Source: Pseudomonadota bacterium (lineage in GTDB: Bacteria > Campylobacterota > Campylobacteria > Campylobacterales > Sulfurimonadaceae). Taken from it: a stretch of 64,000 nt of DNA. Positions within the stretch are counted from its first letter, which is position 1. Each line of letters opens with the position of its first letter. The notes beneath the pieces were generated by a model. It ran no database searches. It was given only the letters and a program-made list of their open reading frames with translations, and had not been told where the DNA came from. Location of the stretch: positions 128,001-192,000 of the forward strand of contig JAZDQA010000008.1 in the NCBI GenBank assembly GCA_043797085.1, read 5' to 3'. The position numbers and the translations under genes were made by a program. Positions 42,418 through 53,065 of the stretch are shown in pieces.

Positions 42418-43887
42418 ATGGGTCCAGAAACACTAGAAGCTAAACAAAAAGCGGCCATTGAAGAGATCTTAAAAGCGTATCCTGAGAAAGCGGCGAAAAA
42501 CCGTGAAAAACATCTCGGTGTCGGATCTCCAAATGATGAAAATCAAAAAACGTGCGGTGATGTCCGTTCAAACAAAAAAACCGTTCCCGGAGTTATGAGC
42601 CAACGCGGTTGTGCTTATGCAGGTTCTAAAGGGGTTGTATGGGGTCCGATCAAAGATATGATTCATATCTCTCACGGTCCTATCGGGTGTGGTCAATATA
42701 GCCGTGCAGGTCGTCGTAACTATTATATCGGTGTAACCGGTGTTGATACGTTCGTAACGATGAACTTTAGCTCGGATTTCCAAGAGAACAACATCGTTTT
42801 CGGTGGAGACAAAAAATTGGGTAAATGTATCGATGAAATCGAAGAACTTTTCCCATTGAATAACGGTATCTCTGTTCAATCAGAATGTCCAATCGGTTTG
42901 ATCGGGGATGATATCAACGCGGTAGCAAAAATGAAAGCGAAAGAGATCGGTAAAACGATCGTTCCTGTAAACTGTGAAGGTTTCCGTGGGGTTTCTCAAT
43001 CACTTGGTCACCACATCGCAAATGACACGATTCGTGACTATATCTTTGATGGCGATTTGAGTCACATCGATATCAGTGATGTGACACCGACTGAGTATGA
43101 CGTTGCGATCATCGGGGACTACAACATCGGTGGTGACACATGGTCAAGCCGTATCCTTCTCGAAGAGATGGGTCTACGTGTTGTAGCACAATGGTCAGGC
43201 GATGCGACAATGAAAGAGATGGCATTGACACCTAAAGTTAAATTGAACTTGCTTCACTGCTACCGTTCAATGAACTACATCAGCCGTCACATGGAAAAAG
43301 AGTTCGGGATTCCTTGGATCGAATATAACTTCTTTGGACCATCACAAACCATCAAATCACTTCGCAAAATTGCGTCGTTCTTTGACGAGAGCATCCAAGC
43401 TAAATGTGAAGAAGTTATCGCTAAATATCAACCAATGATCGATGCGGTTATTGCAAAATATAAACCTCGTCTCGAAGGTAAAACAGTAATGTTGTTCGTC
43501 GGCGGTCTTCGTCCTCGTCACGTTATCGGTGCTTACGAAGATTTAGGTATGGAAGTAATCGGAACAGGATATGAGTTCGCTCATGATGATGACTACAAAC
43601 GTACTAAAGAAGAGATCTTCCGTTCAACTGTTATCTACGATGACGTTAACGAGTATGAGCTTGAAGCATTTGTAAAAAAACTTCAACCTGACCTAGTAGC
43701 TTCTGGGATCAAAGAGAAGTATGTATTCCAAAAAATGGGTCTTCCGTATCGTCAGATGCACTCATGGGATTACAGCGGACCTTACCACGGGTACGACGGA
43801 TTTGCGATTTTCGCACAAGATATGGATTTAGCAATTAATTCACCTGTATGGGCGCACTCAAAAGCACCATGGGAAAAGGAAGGTTGA
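42418..43887 (+). CDS. nifD: Nitrogenase MoFe protein alpha chain
   Basis: RGCAYAG, HGPIGC, ECPIG, HCYRS (Cys275), MHSWDY (His442). Confidence 0.99.
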   Translation: MGPETLEAKQKAAIEEILKAYPEKAAKNREKHLGVGSPNDENQKTCGDVRSNKKTVPGVMSQRGCAYAGSKGVVWGPIKDMIHISHGPIGCGQYSRAGRRNYYIGVTGVDTFVTMNFSSDFQENNIVFGGDKKLGKCIDEIEELFPLNNGISVQSECPIGLIGDDINAVAKMKAKEIGKTIVPVNCEGFRGVSQSLGHHIANDTIRDYIFDGDLSHIDISDVTPTEYDVAIIGDYNIGGDTWSSRILLEEMGLRVVAQWSGDATMKEMALTPKVKLNLLHCYRSMNYISRHMEKEFGIPWIEYNFFGPSQTIKSLRKIASFFDESIQAKCEEVIAKYQPMIDAVIAKYKPRLEGKTVMLFVGGLRPRHVIGAYEDLGMEVIGTGYEFAHDDDYKRTKEEIFRSTVIYDDVNEYELEAFVKKLQPDLVASGIKEKYVFQKMGLPYRQMHSWDYSGPYHGYDGFAIFAQDMDLAINSPVWAHSKAPWEKEG

Positions 43888-43891
43888 GACT

Positions 43892-45436
43892 ATGCAAGAA
43901 GTAGAAAAAATTGTAAACGGGAAAGACCTGTTTAAACGCCCTGAGTACAAAGAAGTACTCGCAAACAAAAAACAATTCGAATCGTCTATGCTCGCAATCA
44001 ACCCTGCGAAAGTAGATGAAATCGCTGAGTGGACTAAATCATGGGATTACCGTGAGAAAAACTTGGCCCGTGAAGCGGTTACCGTCAATCCTGCAAAAGC
44101 ATGTCAGCCTCTTGGGGCTGTTATGGTTGCACTCGGGTTTGAGGGTACTATGCCTTACGTTCATGGTTCTCATGGATGTGTTGCGTATTTCCGTTCATAC
44201 TTTACCAAACACTTCAAAGAGCCGACTCCATGTGTTTCTGACTCTATGACTGAAGATGCTGCGGTATTCGGTGGATTGGTGAATATGAAAGAGGGTCTTA
44301 AAAACTGTGCAGCAGTGTATAAACCTAAAATGATCGCGGTTTCTACTACTTGTATGGCAGAAGTTATCGGGGATGATTTACAAGCGTTTATCATTGCGGC
44401 TAAAGAAGAAGATAAAGGTGAGTTTTTAGCAGCTGATTATCCAATTCCTTATGCACATACTCCTTCATTCGTAGGAAGTCATATCACTGGATATGACAAC
44501 ATGATGCACGGTATCATGTCACAGCTTACAGAAGGACAAAAAGGTGAAACAAAACAACGTATCAACATCATCCCTGGTTTTGAAACGTATATCGGAAGCC
44601 TTCGTTCAGTAAAAACTATCGTAGAAGCGTTCGGCACAGACTATATCATGTTGGGTGACCACTCTGATCAATGGGATATGCCTGCCGGTAACTATGAAAT
44701 GTTCCAAGGCGGAACAAAATTGGATGATGCAAAAGATTGTATCAATTCAAGTGCAACTATCAGTTTGCAAAAATATGCAACGGCTAAAACCATGAAAATG
44801 GTCGAAAAACGTTGGAAACATGCAGGTGGATTCTCTAACCCAGTCGGTCTCAAAGGGACAGATGAGTTCGTTATGAAACTTGCAGAATTAACAGGAACCG
44901 AAGTTCCACAAAAACTCAAAGTAGAGCGCGGCCGTTTGGTTGATGCTATGCAAGATAGCTATCCGTACATGCACGGTAAAAAATTCGCTATCTGGGGTGA
45001 TCCTGACTTCCTAATCGGTGCAGTATCATTCCTTCTTGAGATGGGTGCTGAGCCTACTCACGTTCTTTGTCACAATGCACCAAACGGTTGGGAAGCAGAG
45101 ATGAGAGCAATGCTCGATACTTCTCCTGCAAAAGACAGTTTGAATGTATGGGCTGGTAAAGATTTATGGGCAATGCGTTCACTTCTCTTCACTGAGCCTG
45201 TTGATTTCATGATCGGTAACAGCTACGGTAAAGAGTTGATGCGTGACACTGGTACTCCGTTGATCTACATCGGATTCCCAATCTTTGACCGTCACCACCT
45301 ACACCGTTACTCTATCAGCGGGTACGATGGAGCGTTGAACCTTCTTACTTGGATCACGAACAAAGTTCTTGACCAATTGGATGAAGATACCAAAGGTATC
45401 GCAACAACTGACTATTTCTTCGACCTCGTTCGCTAA
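43892..45436 (+). CDS. nifK: Nitrogenase MoFe protein beta chain
   Basis: PAKACQPLG, HGSHGC, TTCMAEVIGDD, FDLVR. Confidence 0.99.
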   Translation: MQEVEKIVNGKDLFKRPEYKEVLANKKQFESSMLAINPAKVDEIAEWTKSWDYREKNLAREAVTVNPAKACQPLGAVMVALGFEGTMPYVHGSHGCVAYFRSYFTKHFKEPTPCVSDSMTEDAAVFGGLVNMKEGLKNCAAVYKPKMIAVSTTCMAEVIGDDLQAFIIAAKEEDKGEFLAADYPIPYAHTPSFVGSHITGYDNMMHGIMSQLTEGQKGETKQRINIIPGFETYIGSLRSVKTIVEAFGTDYIMLGDHSDQWDMPAGNYEMFQGGTKLDDAKDCINSSATISLQKYATAKTMKMVEKRWKHAGGFSNPVGLKGTDEFVMKLAELTGTEVPQKLKVERGRLVDAMQDSYPYMHGKKFAIWGDPDFLIGAVSFLLEMGAEPTHVLCHNAPNGWEAEMRAMLDTSPAKDSLNVWAGKDLWAMRSLLFTEPVDFMIGNSYGKELMRDTGTPLIYIGFPIFDRHHLHRYSISGYDGALNLLTWITNKVLDQLDEDTKGIATTDYFFDLVR

Positions 45437-45483
45437 AAAATCCCCTTCTCCGGGGGAACTAATTTCATTGATTCTCGTCACTT

Positions 45484-45504
45484 TCTCCCTTCGGGGAGAT
45501 TTTT
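45484..45504 (+). terminator. Rho-independent terminator after nifK
   Basis: TCTCCC-TTCG-GGGAGA-TTTTT. Confidence 0.85.
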
Positions 45505-45550
45505 GGTTGAATATTCTTAGGAATGTTGAGTCAAACAAAGAGGAAAATTT

Positions 45551-45739
45551 ATGGCAGACGTTCACGAAAAAATCAAAGAGCAGCTTATGGTTGAAATTTA
45601 TGCGAGTATCGATCGTATCTACGACTCAATCGAGCAGCATTTTGAGTTGGATGAAACACGACGTGATAATGTTATCAAACATCTCAACACGCTCAAAGAC
45701 GAACTGTATTTTGTGGTTCAGACGACACCATTGTCTTAA
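45551..45739 (+). CDS. Hypothetical protein (62 aa)
   Basis: AGAGG RBS; helical charged sequence. Confidence 0.6.
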   Translation: MADVHEKIKEQLMVEIYASIDRIYDSIEQHFELDETRRDNVIKHLNTLKDELYFVVQTTPLS

Positions 45740-45975
45740 AGTGATTCTTCGTCTTCAAATTCTTGAAATGCTTCGCTAAGGTCAGAGGGCTTGACAATCT
45801 CATTCTCCATCTTCTCAGCATATTCAGCTTCTTCAACTTTTGCATGCGCTTCTTCGACATAATCAATAAATGTTTCGATATCTTGCTGGGGTTGATAAAA
45901 TTGTGCATACCCCAACGCAATATCTATAAATTCTGTTCCACACCCATAATTCACTAATTGCTGTTTTAAATCCAT
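45736..45975 (-). CDS. Acidic hypothetical protein (79 aa)
   Basis: GAGG RBS; convergent stop overlap. Confidence 0.55.
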   Translation of the reverse strand: MDLKQQLVNYGCGTEFIDIALGYAQFYQPQQDIETFIDYVEEAHAKVEEAEYAEKMENEIVKPSDLSEAFQEFEDEESL

Positions 45976-46048
45976 AATAGTTACCTCTTCTTTTAATTCG
46001 CGGTATTATAAACAAGAACAGTTGAAATACCAATGTCTTAGAAATAAG

Positions 46049-46600
46049 TTACTTTTCTTTTAGATCATCTCGAAGTTTTGGGAGTTCTTTGCGATAACGT
46101 TCACCGTCTCCGTAAGGGGTAAATTTAAAGTAATGGGCGTGGTGAAAGCGCAGTTTGCGTGCGTGTCGAATCGGGCACCAAAATTGTTCTGTTCGTGCGA
46201 TTATTTCAGTCGTATAAGCCAAAAGACCGCTAAAGTATGAGCAATAAAAGCAGTTAATTTTTTCAACAATATTTAGAAATTCCAAGCTTGCACGATCAAA
46301 GGCAAAATACTCTTTACGCACAACCGGGTTGATCTTATAGACCCGAAAATTGATCATTTGATAGACAAACAAGAAAAATTCCAAAATAAATGCAGGGATG
46401 ATACCGGCATAGATAATAGGAGCTGTCAAAAGATGCAGTAACGGTGCGCGAGCTAAATAAACAAGCAAATTGACTTTAAACTTCTTTTGTGCAGCTAGAA
46501 GATCGCGTGAAAGCTTTTGCTCTTCTTTATCTATTTCTTTCAACAGGTTCTCTTCCAGAAGACGCATTGCAAGGAAAAGTTCATCTATTTTTGAGTTCAT
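46049..46600 (-). CDS. Conserved-looking hypothetical membrane protein
   Basis: NCFYCSY and EQFWCPIRH motifs; one hydrophobic hairpin. Confidence 0.7.
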   Translation of the reverse strand: MNSKIDELFLAMRLLEENLLKEIDKEEQKLSRDLLAAQKKFKVNLLVYLARAPLLHLLTAPIIYAGIIPAFILEFFLFVYQMINFRVYKINPVVRKEYFAFDRASLEFLNIVEKINCFYCSYFSGLLAYTTEIIARTEQFWCPIRHARKLRFHHAHYFKFTPYGDGERYRKELPKLRDDLKEK

Positions 46601-46672
46601 GAAGTATCTTTGAATCTAGGATACATAATACTATCAGGTGAACCCTCAAAGCCTTATGATTTTAGAAAATAA

Positions 46673-47170
46673 CTAGCGAATCAATATTTTCTTTGCTGTT
46701 TTCTTTCCATTTTTTGGAATGGTTATTATTAATGATCCTTTTTTAAAAACAGCATCTATTTTATTAATATCAGCATTTTCGGGTAAGACGATACTTTGAT
46801 GATAAGAGCTATACGATTGTTGTGATTTATTTTTTATTTTTTCTTTAACATTTCGTTCGGCAGCAATGACGAGCACATTGTTTACGACATTGATGAAAAT
46901 GTCTTTTTTTTCGATATCAGGTAAGAAAACATTAATGGTGTAAAATTTACCGGTTTCTTTGAAACTCATGGATGATTGATAATGAAGGGTAGGATGAACA
47001 AGAATTGAACGGCTAAATATTTCATCAATATTAGGAAACCACAACCCTTGACATTCGTATTCATTGGGTATTGCCGGTTCTTTGGCAGCAAAGGCAACGG
47101 AAGATGTTGCCAGTACTGTCATGAGAAGACTGGATAGAAGGACATTTTTTATTATAGAATGTGCATACAT
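46673..47170 (-). CDS. Hsp20/alpha-crystallin protein with signal-peptide-like N-terminus
   Basis: LPENAD..IDAVFKKGSLIITIPK; hydrophobic N-term ending AFA. Confidence 0.75.
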   Translation of the reverse strand: MYAHSIIKNVLLSSLLMTVLATSSVAFAAKEPAIPNEYECQGLWFPNIDEIFSRSILVHPTLHYQSSMSFKETGKFYTINVFLPDIEKKDIFINVVNNVLVIAAERNVKEKIKNKSQQSYSSYHQSIVLPENADINKIDAVFKKGSLIITIPKNGKKTAKKILIR

Positions 47171-47255
47171 TGTTATTCCTCCACTTATTATGTAATATCA
47201 AATTGTAAATTAGTGAAATTAGATTTTTATGAGATAAGTCTATGGCAGTGTAAAT

Positions 47256-47870
47256 TTATGTGATAAGCGGAACGAAACGAAAGCCCGGTAATTCATAGAC
47301 GTTTATTTCACCGTTGATTTCTTTTGTAATACGCCAAACGCTCTCTAAAATAGGAATAACCAGCACTCCAACGGGTTTGAGCTGATTTAATAATGCCATT
47401 GGCATATCCTCAGCACTTGCAGAGACGAGGATACGGTCATACAGATGTCCTGGTTTTCCAAGAACAGAGGCTTTTGCCAATTCAATCGATGCATTGTCAA
47501 TATGCGCCTTCTTTAAATTTTTTTGACCATATTCCACGAGAGAGGGGATACGCTCAATCCCTTCCACAAATCCATCTTTACCGACTGCTGTTGCTAAAAG
47601 GGCGGTTGTCCATCCTGAACCTGAACCAATATCTAAGATCTTGTCACCTTGTTTAGGCTGTAAAAGTTCCAGCATAATCGAGACGGTGGTGGGTTGAGAA
47701 ATAGTTTGTCCTATACCGATTGGCAGAGGGTAATCTCCGTAGATATCATCCAATGACCTTTCAGGGACAAAAAGACTACGGTCACATTTGCGAAATGCTT
47801 TTATCAGCACAGGGGAGTGAAGAACACCTGAGTTAATGAGATGATTAATAAGTTCTGTATTGCTGTTCAT
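47256..47870 (-). CDS. pcm: Protein-L-isoaspartate O-methyltransferase
   Basis: GQTISQP, LDIGSGSGW, YDRILVSA, FVPL. Confidence 0.9.
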   Translation of the reverse strand: MNSNTELINHLINSGVLHSPVLIKAFRKCDRSLFVPERSLDDIYGDYPLPIGIGQTISQPTTVSIMLELLQPKQGDKILDIGSGSGWTTALLATAVGKDGFVEGIERIPSLVEYGQKNLKKAHIDNASIELAKASVLGKPGHLYDRILVSASAEDMPMALLNQLKPVGVLVIPILESVWRITKEINGEINVYELPGFRFVPLIT

Positions 47871-47895
47871 CGTATTGCAATTCTACTGAATATGT

Positions 47896-48234
47896 TTAGA
47901 CATGAACAACGGTTCTTGCTGATGGATTGGCTATCAATCGCTCAATGGGAATCTTTTTGGCGGTTTTTTCACATATACCGTAAACTCCCGATTTGATACG
48001 ATTTAATGCCGCATCAATCTCGGCTAATTCTGTTTCAAGCCTATGCAAAAGTGCTTGATCGGAAGTGTTGTCGATTTGCAATTGCGCCATATCTTCGATA
48101 TCATCAATATCATCATCAATGACAAGCGCATCGATTTCCGCTTTTAAAGTGTCAATATTACTAAGGACTTTTTTCTTATCTGCAAGGAGAATTTTTTCAA
48201 AAACCTTGTGGTTTAAATCATTTCTGGTGCTCAT
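47896..48234 (-). CDS. DksA/TraR-family protein with degenerate zinc finger
   Basis: DIEDMA coiled-coil tip, AALNRI..G.YGICE, ERLIANP.ART. Confidence 0.8.
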   Translation of the reverse strand: MSTRNDLNHKVFEKILLADKKKVLSNIDTLKAEIDALVIDDDIDDIEDMAQLQIDNTSDQALLHRLETELAEIDAALNRIKSGVYGICEKTAKKIPIERLIANPSARTVVHV

Positions 48235-48258
48235 TTTTTATCCTTTTTCGGTTAAATT

Positions 48259-49284
48259 TTACTGCCAAATACCATGAAGCGGATAAGCACATGCAGGGCA
48301 CTGATTGTTATTGACTAAATGGTTCGTTACATACTGTCCAATATGGCCGTGACGGTCGATGACCAGCATCCCGCATTTCGGACAGTAGGTTGATTCTCTT
48401 GCCTCATCATCAATGTTTCCGACATACACATACTTTAATCCAACGTCTTTGCCGATATCATAGGCACGTCGGAGTGTTTGAGCGGGTGTACGAGGAACAT
48501 TTAACATTTTATACATCGGATGGAAGGCACTGATGTGCCATGGCATGTTTGTATCAAGATTCGCTTGAAATTGGGCAATTGAGCGAATCTCTTCATCCGA
48601 ATCGTTGTATCCCGAAATGAGCAGAGTTGTTGTCTCTATCCATATCCCTTTTTTGTGGGCGTATTCGATCGTATCCAGCACAGGCTTGAGAGATGCACCG
48701 CAAATGTCTTTGTAAAATGACTGACTATATCCTTTAATATCAATATTCATACCATCCAAATAAGGAGCTATGGTATCGATGGCTTTGTGCGTTTCATACC
48801 CGCTGGTGACGTAGATGTTTTTTAAACCTGCTTCATGCGCGAGTTTCGCGGTATCGTAGGTGTATTCGAAAAAGACAACCGGTTCATTGTACGTGTATGC
48901 AATGCTTTTACAGCCGTTTTTAAGTGCAAAATCAACGGCTCGCTGAGGAGACAAAGGATGCCCGATTATTTCGTGATTATGCTCTTTCGGATATTGCGAA
49001 ATATCGGCGTTTTGACAAAATTTACAGGATAAATTACACCCGACCGTTCCAAATGAAAAAACGCTTGAACCGGGTAAAAAATGAAACATCGGTTTTTTCT
49101 CTATCGGGTCGACATTAACCGCTGCTGCAAGTCCATACGTCAGCAAATAAAGCTCACCGTTTTCGACTTTACGAATCCCGCAAATACCGTATTCGCCTTC
49201 GTTTAGTATGCAGTGCTGATTGCATGCCTCACACGCGATCCTGCCATCGTCTAGTTTTTTGGACAGCCATGCTATGGATGACAT
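48259..49284 (-). CDS. amrS: AmmeMemoRadiSam radical SAM enzyme
   Basis: CEACNQHC, DPIEKKP, GCNLSCKFCQN, TYNEP. Confidence 0.9.
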   Translation of the reverse strand: MSSIAWLSKKLDDGRIACEACNQHCILNEGEYGICGIRKVENGELYLLTYGLAAAVNVDPIEKKPMFHFLPGSSVFSFGTVGCNLSCKFCQNADISQYPKEHNHEIIGHPLSPQRAVDFALKNGCKSIAYTYNEPVVFFEYTYDTAKLAHEAGLKNIYVTSGYETHKAIDTIAPYLDGMNIDIKGYSQSFYKDICGASLKPVLDTIEYAHKKGIWIETTTLLISGYNDSDEEIRSIAQFQANLDTNMPWHISAFHPMYKMLNVPRTPAQTLRRAYDIGKDVGLKYVYVGNIDDEARESTYCPKCGMLVIDRHGHIGQYVTNHLVNNNQCPACAYPLHGIWQ

Positions 49285-49311
49285 TTGGACCCCTTTAAAA
49301 AAATATCTGCG

Positions 49312-49743
49312 TTATTTTGTAAAATGTTCCAATAACTGATCATCAGGAGTTTTGGTCAAATCCGAATGAAGGTTTATAAACATCGTCATTTTGACTTTTG
49401 GATTCAGTAATTCGACTATTTGCTTATTGATGGCTTTAGGTGCCGCAAAATACCAGGATAATGGTGCATGCTGTTCAATCGTTTTGTTGATTTGGTCTGC
49501 GATATCTTTAATACGGCGATGCTCTTCTTCCAGTTCTATATTATGATCTTCCCCTGATCCGCTGGCACCGAAACCTTTAAAATTCCCCTGCTGATCTGAA
49601 ACTTTTTCTCTCAATCGCTGATGTATATCGAGGCTTTCACTCCCTTCCATGAGTTCAACGGCTTCTCTTCCTAGCGGATCTTCTTTGGTAACAAAGAGTT
49701 TAAAACGCTGTAAATCAGCTACGATAATAAGTTTTGATGACAT
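49312..49743 (-). CDS. Host-attachment (AtsE)/baeRF-like protein
   Basis: IIVAD, SDQQG.F, FAAP, SDLTK. Confidence 0.7.
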   Translation of the reverse strand: MSSKLIIVADLQRFKLFVTKEDPLGREAVELMEGSESLDIHQRLREKVSDQQGNFKGFGASGSGEDHNIELEEEHRRIKDIADQINKTIEQHAPLSWYFAAPKAINKQIVELLNPKVKMTMFINLHSDLTKTPDDQLLEHFTK

Positions 49744-49807
49744 GATAACTCCCTTCTTCATTAAGTTTATTTATCGTAACAATAATTAATGAGCAAAATA
49801 TGATTTT

Positions 49808-50053
49808 TTATCTCTGATGCAGTGAAAAATACCCCACCATATGCTCCAGTGTATCGACTTTTGCATAATCGGATTCGGGAACTTCGACTCCTAGTATCTC
49901 ACTTAAAGCCGTTAATATTTTTAAAAAATCGAACGAATCGATTTCCAATGAACGCTGAATATTATTATCGGGAATAATTTGAGCTTCGTCAATATCAGGG
50001 GCAATTTCTAATATTTGTTCGATGATAGCGGATTTTATTTGCTCTTGGTTCAT
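49808..50053 (-). CDS. Acyl carrier protein
   Basis: LEIDSFDF phosphopantetheine Ser, GVEVPESD. Confidence 0.85.
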   Translation of the reverse strand: MNQEQIKSAIIEQILEIAPDIDEAQIIPDNNIQRSLEIDSFDFLKILTALSEILGVEVPESDYAKVDTLEHMVGYFSLHQR

Positions 50054-51126
50054 AGTAGCTCCTGTGGGTGTTGTAATAGATCGTTTAGTTTTTCCAGAAA
50101 CTTTGCACCGGTTCGTCCATCTGTGGCGCGGTGGTCCCCTGCGAGTGTTGCCTTCATCACTTTACGTACACACAGAGCATCTCCCTCTGCCCATGGAGTG
50201 TCTAAAATACGCCCCAGCCCAACAAGAGCAATCTGTGGCGGATAGATAACACCGGATACGCTCTCTACGCCTAAATCTCCGAGATTGGTGATTGTGATAG
50301 TTTGCTGAGTGATCTCAGTGTTTCTCAATTTTCCTGATCGGGTGCGTGTGATTAGATCATCAAGCTGATGCATTGTTTCATCCAGTCCCATCGTATCGGC
50401 AGCTAAAAGAGCCGGAGTAATCAGTCCCTCTTTGCGTAAAGCTATGGCGATTGCGGGATTAATCTCAGTCATGATTTTGGGAGCATCATTTTCCCAAAAC
50501 CCGTTGAGTTCAGGGACTGTTTTAAGAGAAAGTACGACGGCACGAATCAGCAAGGCAGCGGGGAGAATCCGCTCTTTGATACCTCTGGCAGCATTGAGAG
50601 TTTCAAGCCAGTGGAGTGCCGGTGTCATGTTGATGGAGGTGGTGAGATAATAGTGGGGAATTTCGGCATTGGAACGGCTCATGGCACGAGCAATGGCCTG
50701 ACGCATAGCACTCGTTTGGGGAGAATTGTCGAGCTTTTTTGAACTAGCTTCTACTTCAGCCAGTCCGACTCCCCTTGTATCGGAGGCTAAATCGGCAAGT
50801 TCGATTCCCAGCTCTTTTGCTTTTTTCCTTGCGGCAGGGGAGGCTTTTATTCGTTGGCTTTGGGGAACATCTTGTGTGATAGGTGTTTCTCCCTCAGCAC
50901 GGATGATTGCCAACGGGGTGCCAACTGTGCATTCTGTCTCCTCGTTTACGAGAATCTTTTCGATAATTCCCTCTTCGAATATTTCTATTTCTATGACTCC
51001 TTTACTCGTTTCCACCTCTGCGACAACTTGTCCTTTGGTGACGTGATCTCCCTCTTTTATATGCCATTGCATCAATACAGCAGATTCCATGTCGGCACCC
51101 AAGCTGGGCATTACAAAGTTGCTCAT
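50050..51126 (-). CDS. 2-oxoacid dehydrogenase E2 (one lipoyl domain)
   Basis: MPSLG, VETSKG, ASPAARK, DHRATDG. Confidence 0.9.
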   Translation of the reverse strand: MSNFVMPSLGADMESAVLMQWHIKEGDHVTKGQVVAEVETSKGVIEIEIFEEGIIEKILVNEETECTVGTPLAIIRAEGETPITQDVPQSQRIKASPAARKKAKELGIELADLASDTRGVGLAEVEASSKKLDNSPQTSAMRQAIARAMSRSNAEIPHYYLTTSINMTPALHWLETLNAARGIKERILPAALLIRAVVLSLKTVPELNGFWENDAPKIMTEINPAIAIALRKEGLITPALLAADTMGLDETMHQLDDLITRTRSGKLRNTEITQQTITITNLGDLGVESVSGVIYPPQIALVGLGRILDTPWAEGDALCVRKVMKATLAGDHRATDGRTGAKFLEKLNDLLQHPQELL

Positions 51127-52106
51127 GATTTCTCCATTAGTTTTTTAGCCATCGCCACAATCTTATACGGTTGCGGGAGGGCAGCATCTTCGAGATGTTT
51201 GGGATAGGGCATGGGTATATCAACCGTACATACCCGCTCCATCGGGGCATCAAGTTCAAAAAAAATCTGTTCGTTGATTCGTGCCATAATCTCAGCCGAA
51301 ATGCTTCCCGATTTCCATCCCTCATCAACAATCATGACACGGTGGGTTTTTGTCACCGATTTCATGATACTTTCATCATCTAAAGGGCGAAGAGAACGCA
51401 AATCGATTACTTCAGCATCAATTCCATCAGTCGCTAGAGTTTTCGCCGCCTCAAGTGCTTTGAAGAGGCTGCTTCCGTAGGTTAAAATGGTTAGATCTTT
51501 GCCTTCTCGCTGTATTTGTGCTTTTCCAATAGCCAAGGGAAGGGCTTGGGTATCTAGTTCCCCTTTAGAATTGTAAAGGATCGCGCTCTCAAAAATCAGT
51601 ACCGGATCAGGATCTGCAAGCGCCAAACCTAGCATATCATGTGCATCTTGTATGGTTGCAGGGGTTAGTACTTTTAGTCCGGGGATATGCGCATACCAGC
51701 CTTCCAGAGAATGAGAGTGTTGTGCAGCGAGCTGGTTGCCTCCTCCGGTTGCCATTCGGATGACCAGCGGAACATTAAACTGACCTCCCGACATCTCCAA
51801 AAATGTTGCTGCATTGTTCATGATTTGATCAAGTGCCAAGAGGCTGAAGTTGACCGTCATAATCTCGACTATGGGTCGCATTCCGCCCAAAGCAGCACCG
51901 ATACCCGCACCGGTAAATGCCGACTCAGACAAGGGAGTGTCAATAATCCGCTTTGGACCAAAGTGTTGAAAAAGTCCCATACTTACGGCGTAACTTCCTC
52001 CATAGCGTCCGACATCTTCGCCCATCAAAAAAACTCGTTCATCGTGTTCCATGGCTTCTCGCAGTGCGAGTCGTACTGCTTTTCGATAGGTCATAATTGA
52101 GTTCAT
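51123..52106 (-). CDS. pdhB: Pyruvate/2-oxoacid dehydrogenase E1 beta
   Basis: [26 protein letters not shown]. Confidence 0.88.
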   Translation of the reverse strand: MNSIMTYRKAVRLALREAMEHDERVFLMGEDVGRYGGSYAVSMGLFQHFGPKRIIDTPLSESAFTGAGIGAALGGMRPIVEIMTVNFSLLALDQIMNNAATFLEMSGGQFNVPLVIRMATGGGNQLAAQHSHSLEGWYAHIPGLKVLTPATIQDAHDMLGLALADPDPVLIFESAILYNSKGELDTQALPLAIGKAQIQREGKDLTILTYGSSLFKALEAAKTLATDGIDAEVIDLRSLRPLDDESIMKSVTKTHRVMIVDEGWKSGSISAEIMARINEQIFFELDAPMERVCTVDIPMPYPKHLEDAALPQPYKIVAMAKKLMEKS

Positions 52107-53053
52107 TGGACAACCTCACTGGAGTAAACAAATTTTTCTAAATCTTCGATGGGTTCGAATGTACCGTTTTCGGCAAAGGTTACCGCTTCGTTGATGATGT
52201 CGGCAATCTCGATTTCATATTTATCAATATCAATATCCTGCCAATGCTGATGCAATAGAATAAGAGGATCTTTTTTCTTCCACTCAGCCACCTCTGTTTT
52301 TTCACGGTAAAGTTCTGCATCAAACATGGAGTGGGCTCGAAAACGGTACGTGAAGTATTCGATAAATATCGGACCATTGCCCAATCGAATTTCTGCAACT
52401 GCTTCTTGTGCTGATTTTGTGACCTCTGAAATATCCATGCCATCTGCTTGTCGGGAACTGATACGGTAGGATGCTGCCTTTTTAGCAAGATTTGTTTCTG
52501 ACTGGGTGAACTCAAGTGCGGTTCCCATCGCGTAGAGGTTATTTTCACAGACGAAGAGAATCGGAAGATGCCATAAAGCGGCTAGATTGAGTGATTCATG
52601 AAATTCTCCCTCAGCTACGGCACCGTCACCGAAAATACATAGGGTAACTCTGTTGCGTTTCATCAGCTTATCTGAGAGAGCCATTCCCACAGCCAAGGGC
52701 AAACCACTTGCCACAATAGCACTACCGCCGTAAAATCGTGTCGCAACATCAAAAAGGTGCATGGAACCGCCTCTCCCGTGAGAGCATCCTTGCGCTTTAC
52801 CGTACAACTCCGCCATGATCTTTTTCGGATCAATTCCGCGTGCGATAGCTTGTCCATGATCTCGATAAGTAGTAAAGATGGCATCTTCAGGGGAGAGAGC
52901 ATGCATAAGACCCACACCAATGGCTTCTTGCCCGATGTACAGATGCAAAAATCCTCTGATTTTCTCTTTACCGTAAAGCTCTATGCATTTTTCTTCAAAT
53001 CGACGAATCAAAAGCATCTTTCGATATAACTCATTTGCTAAAACTAAATCCAT
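52103..53053 (-). CDS. pdhA: Pyruvate/2-oxoacid dehydrogenase E1 alpha
   Basis: [22 protein letters not shown] ThDP motif, YRFRAHS. Confidence 0.88.
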   Translation of the reverse strand: MDLVLANELYRKMLLIRRFEEKCIELYGKEKIRGFLHLYIGQEAIGVGLMHALSPEDAIFTTYRDHGQAIARGIDPKKIMAELYGKAQGCSHGRGGSMHLFDVATRFYGGSAIVASGLPLAVGMALSDKLMKRNRVTLCIFGDGAVAEGEFHESLNLAALWHLPILFVCENNLYAMGTALEFTQSETNLAKKAASYRISSRQADGMDISEVTKSAQEAVAEIRLGNGPIFIEYFTYRFRAHSMFDAELYREKTEVAEWKKKDPLILLHQHWQDIDIDKYEIEIADIINEAVTFAENGTFEPIEDLEKFVYSSEVVQ

Positions 53054-53065
53054 TTTTAACCCCTT

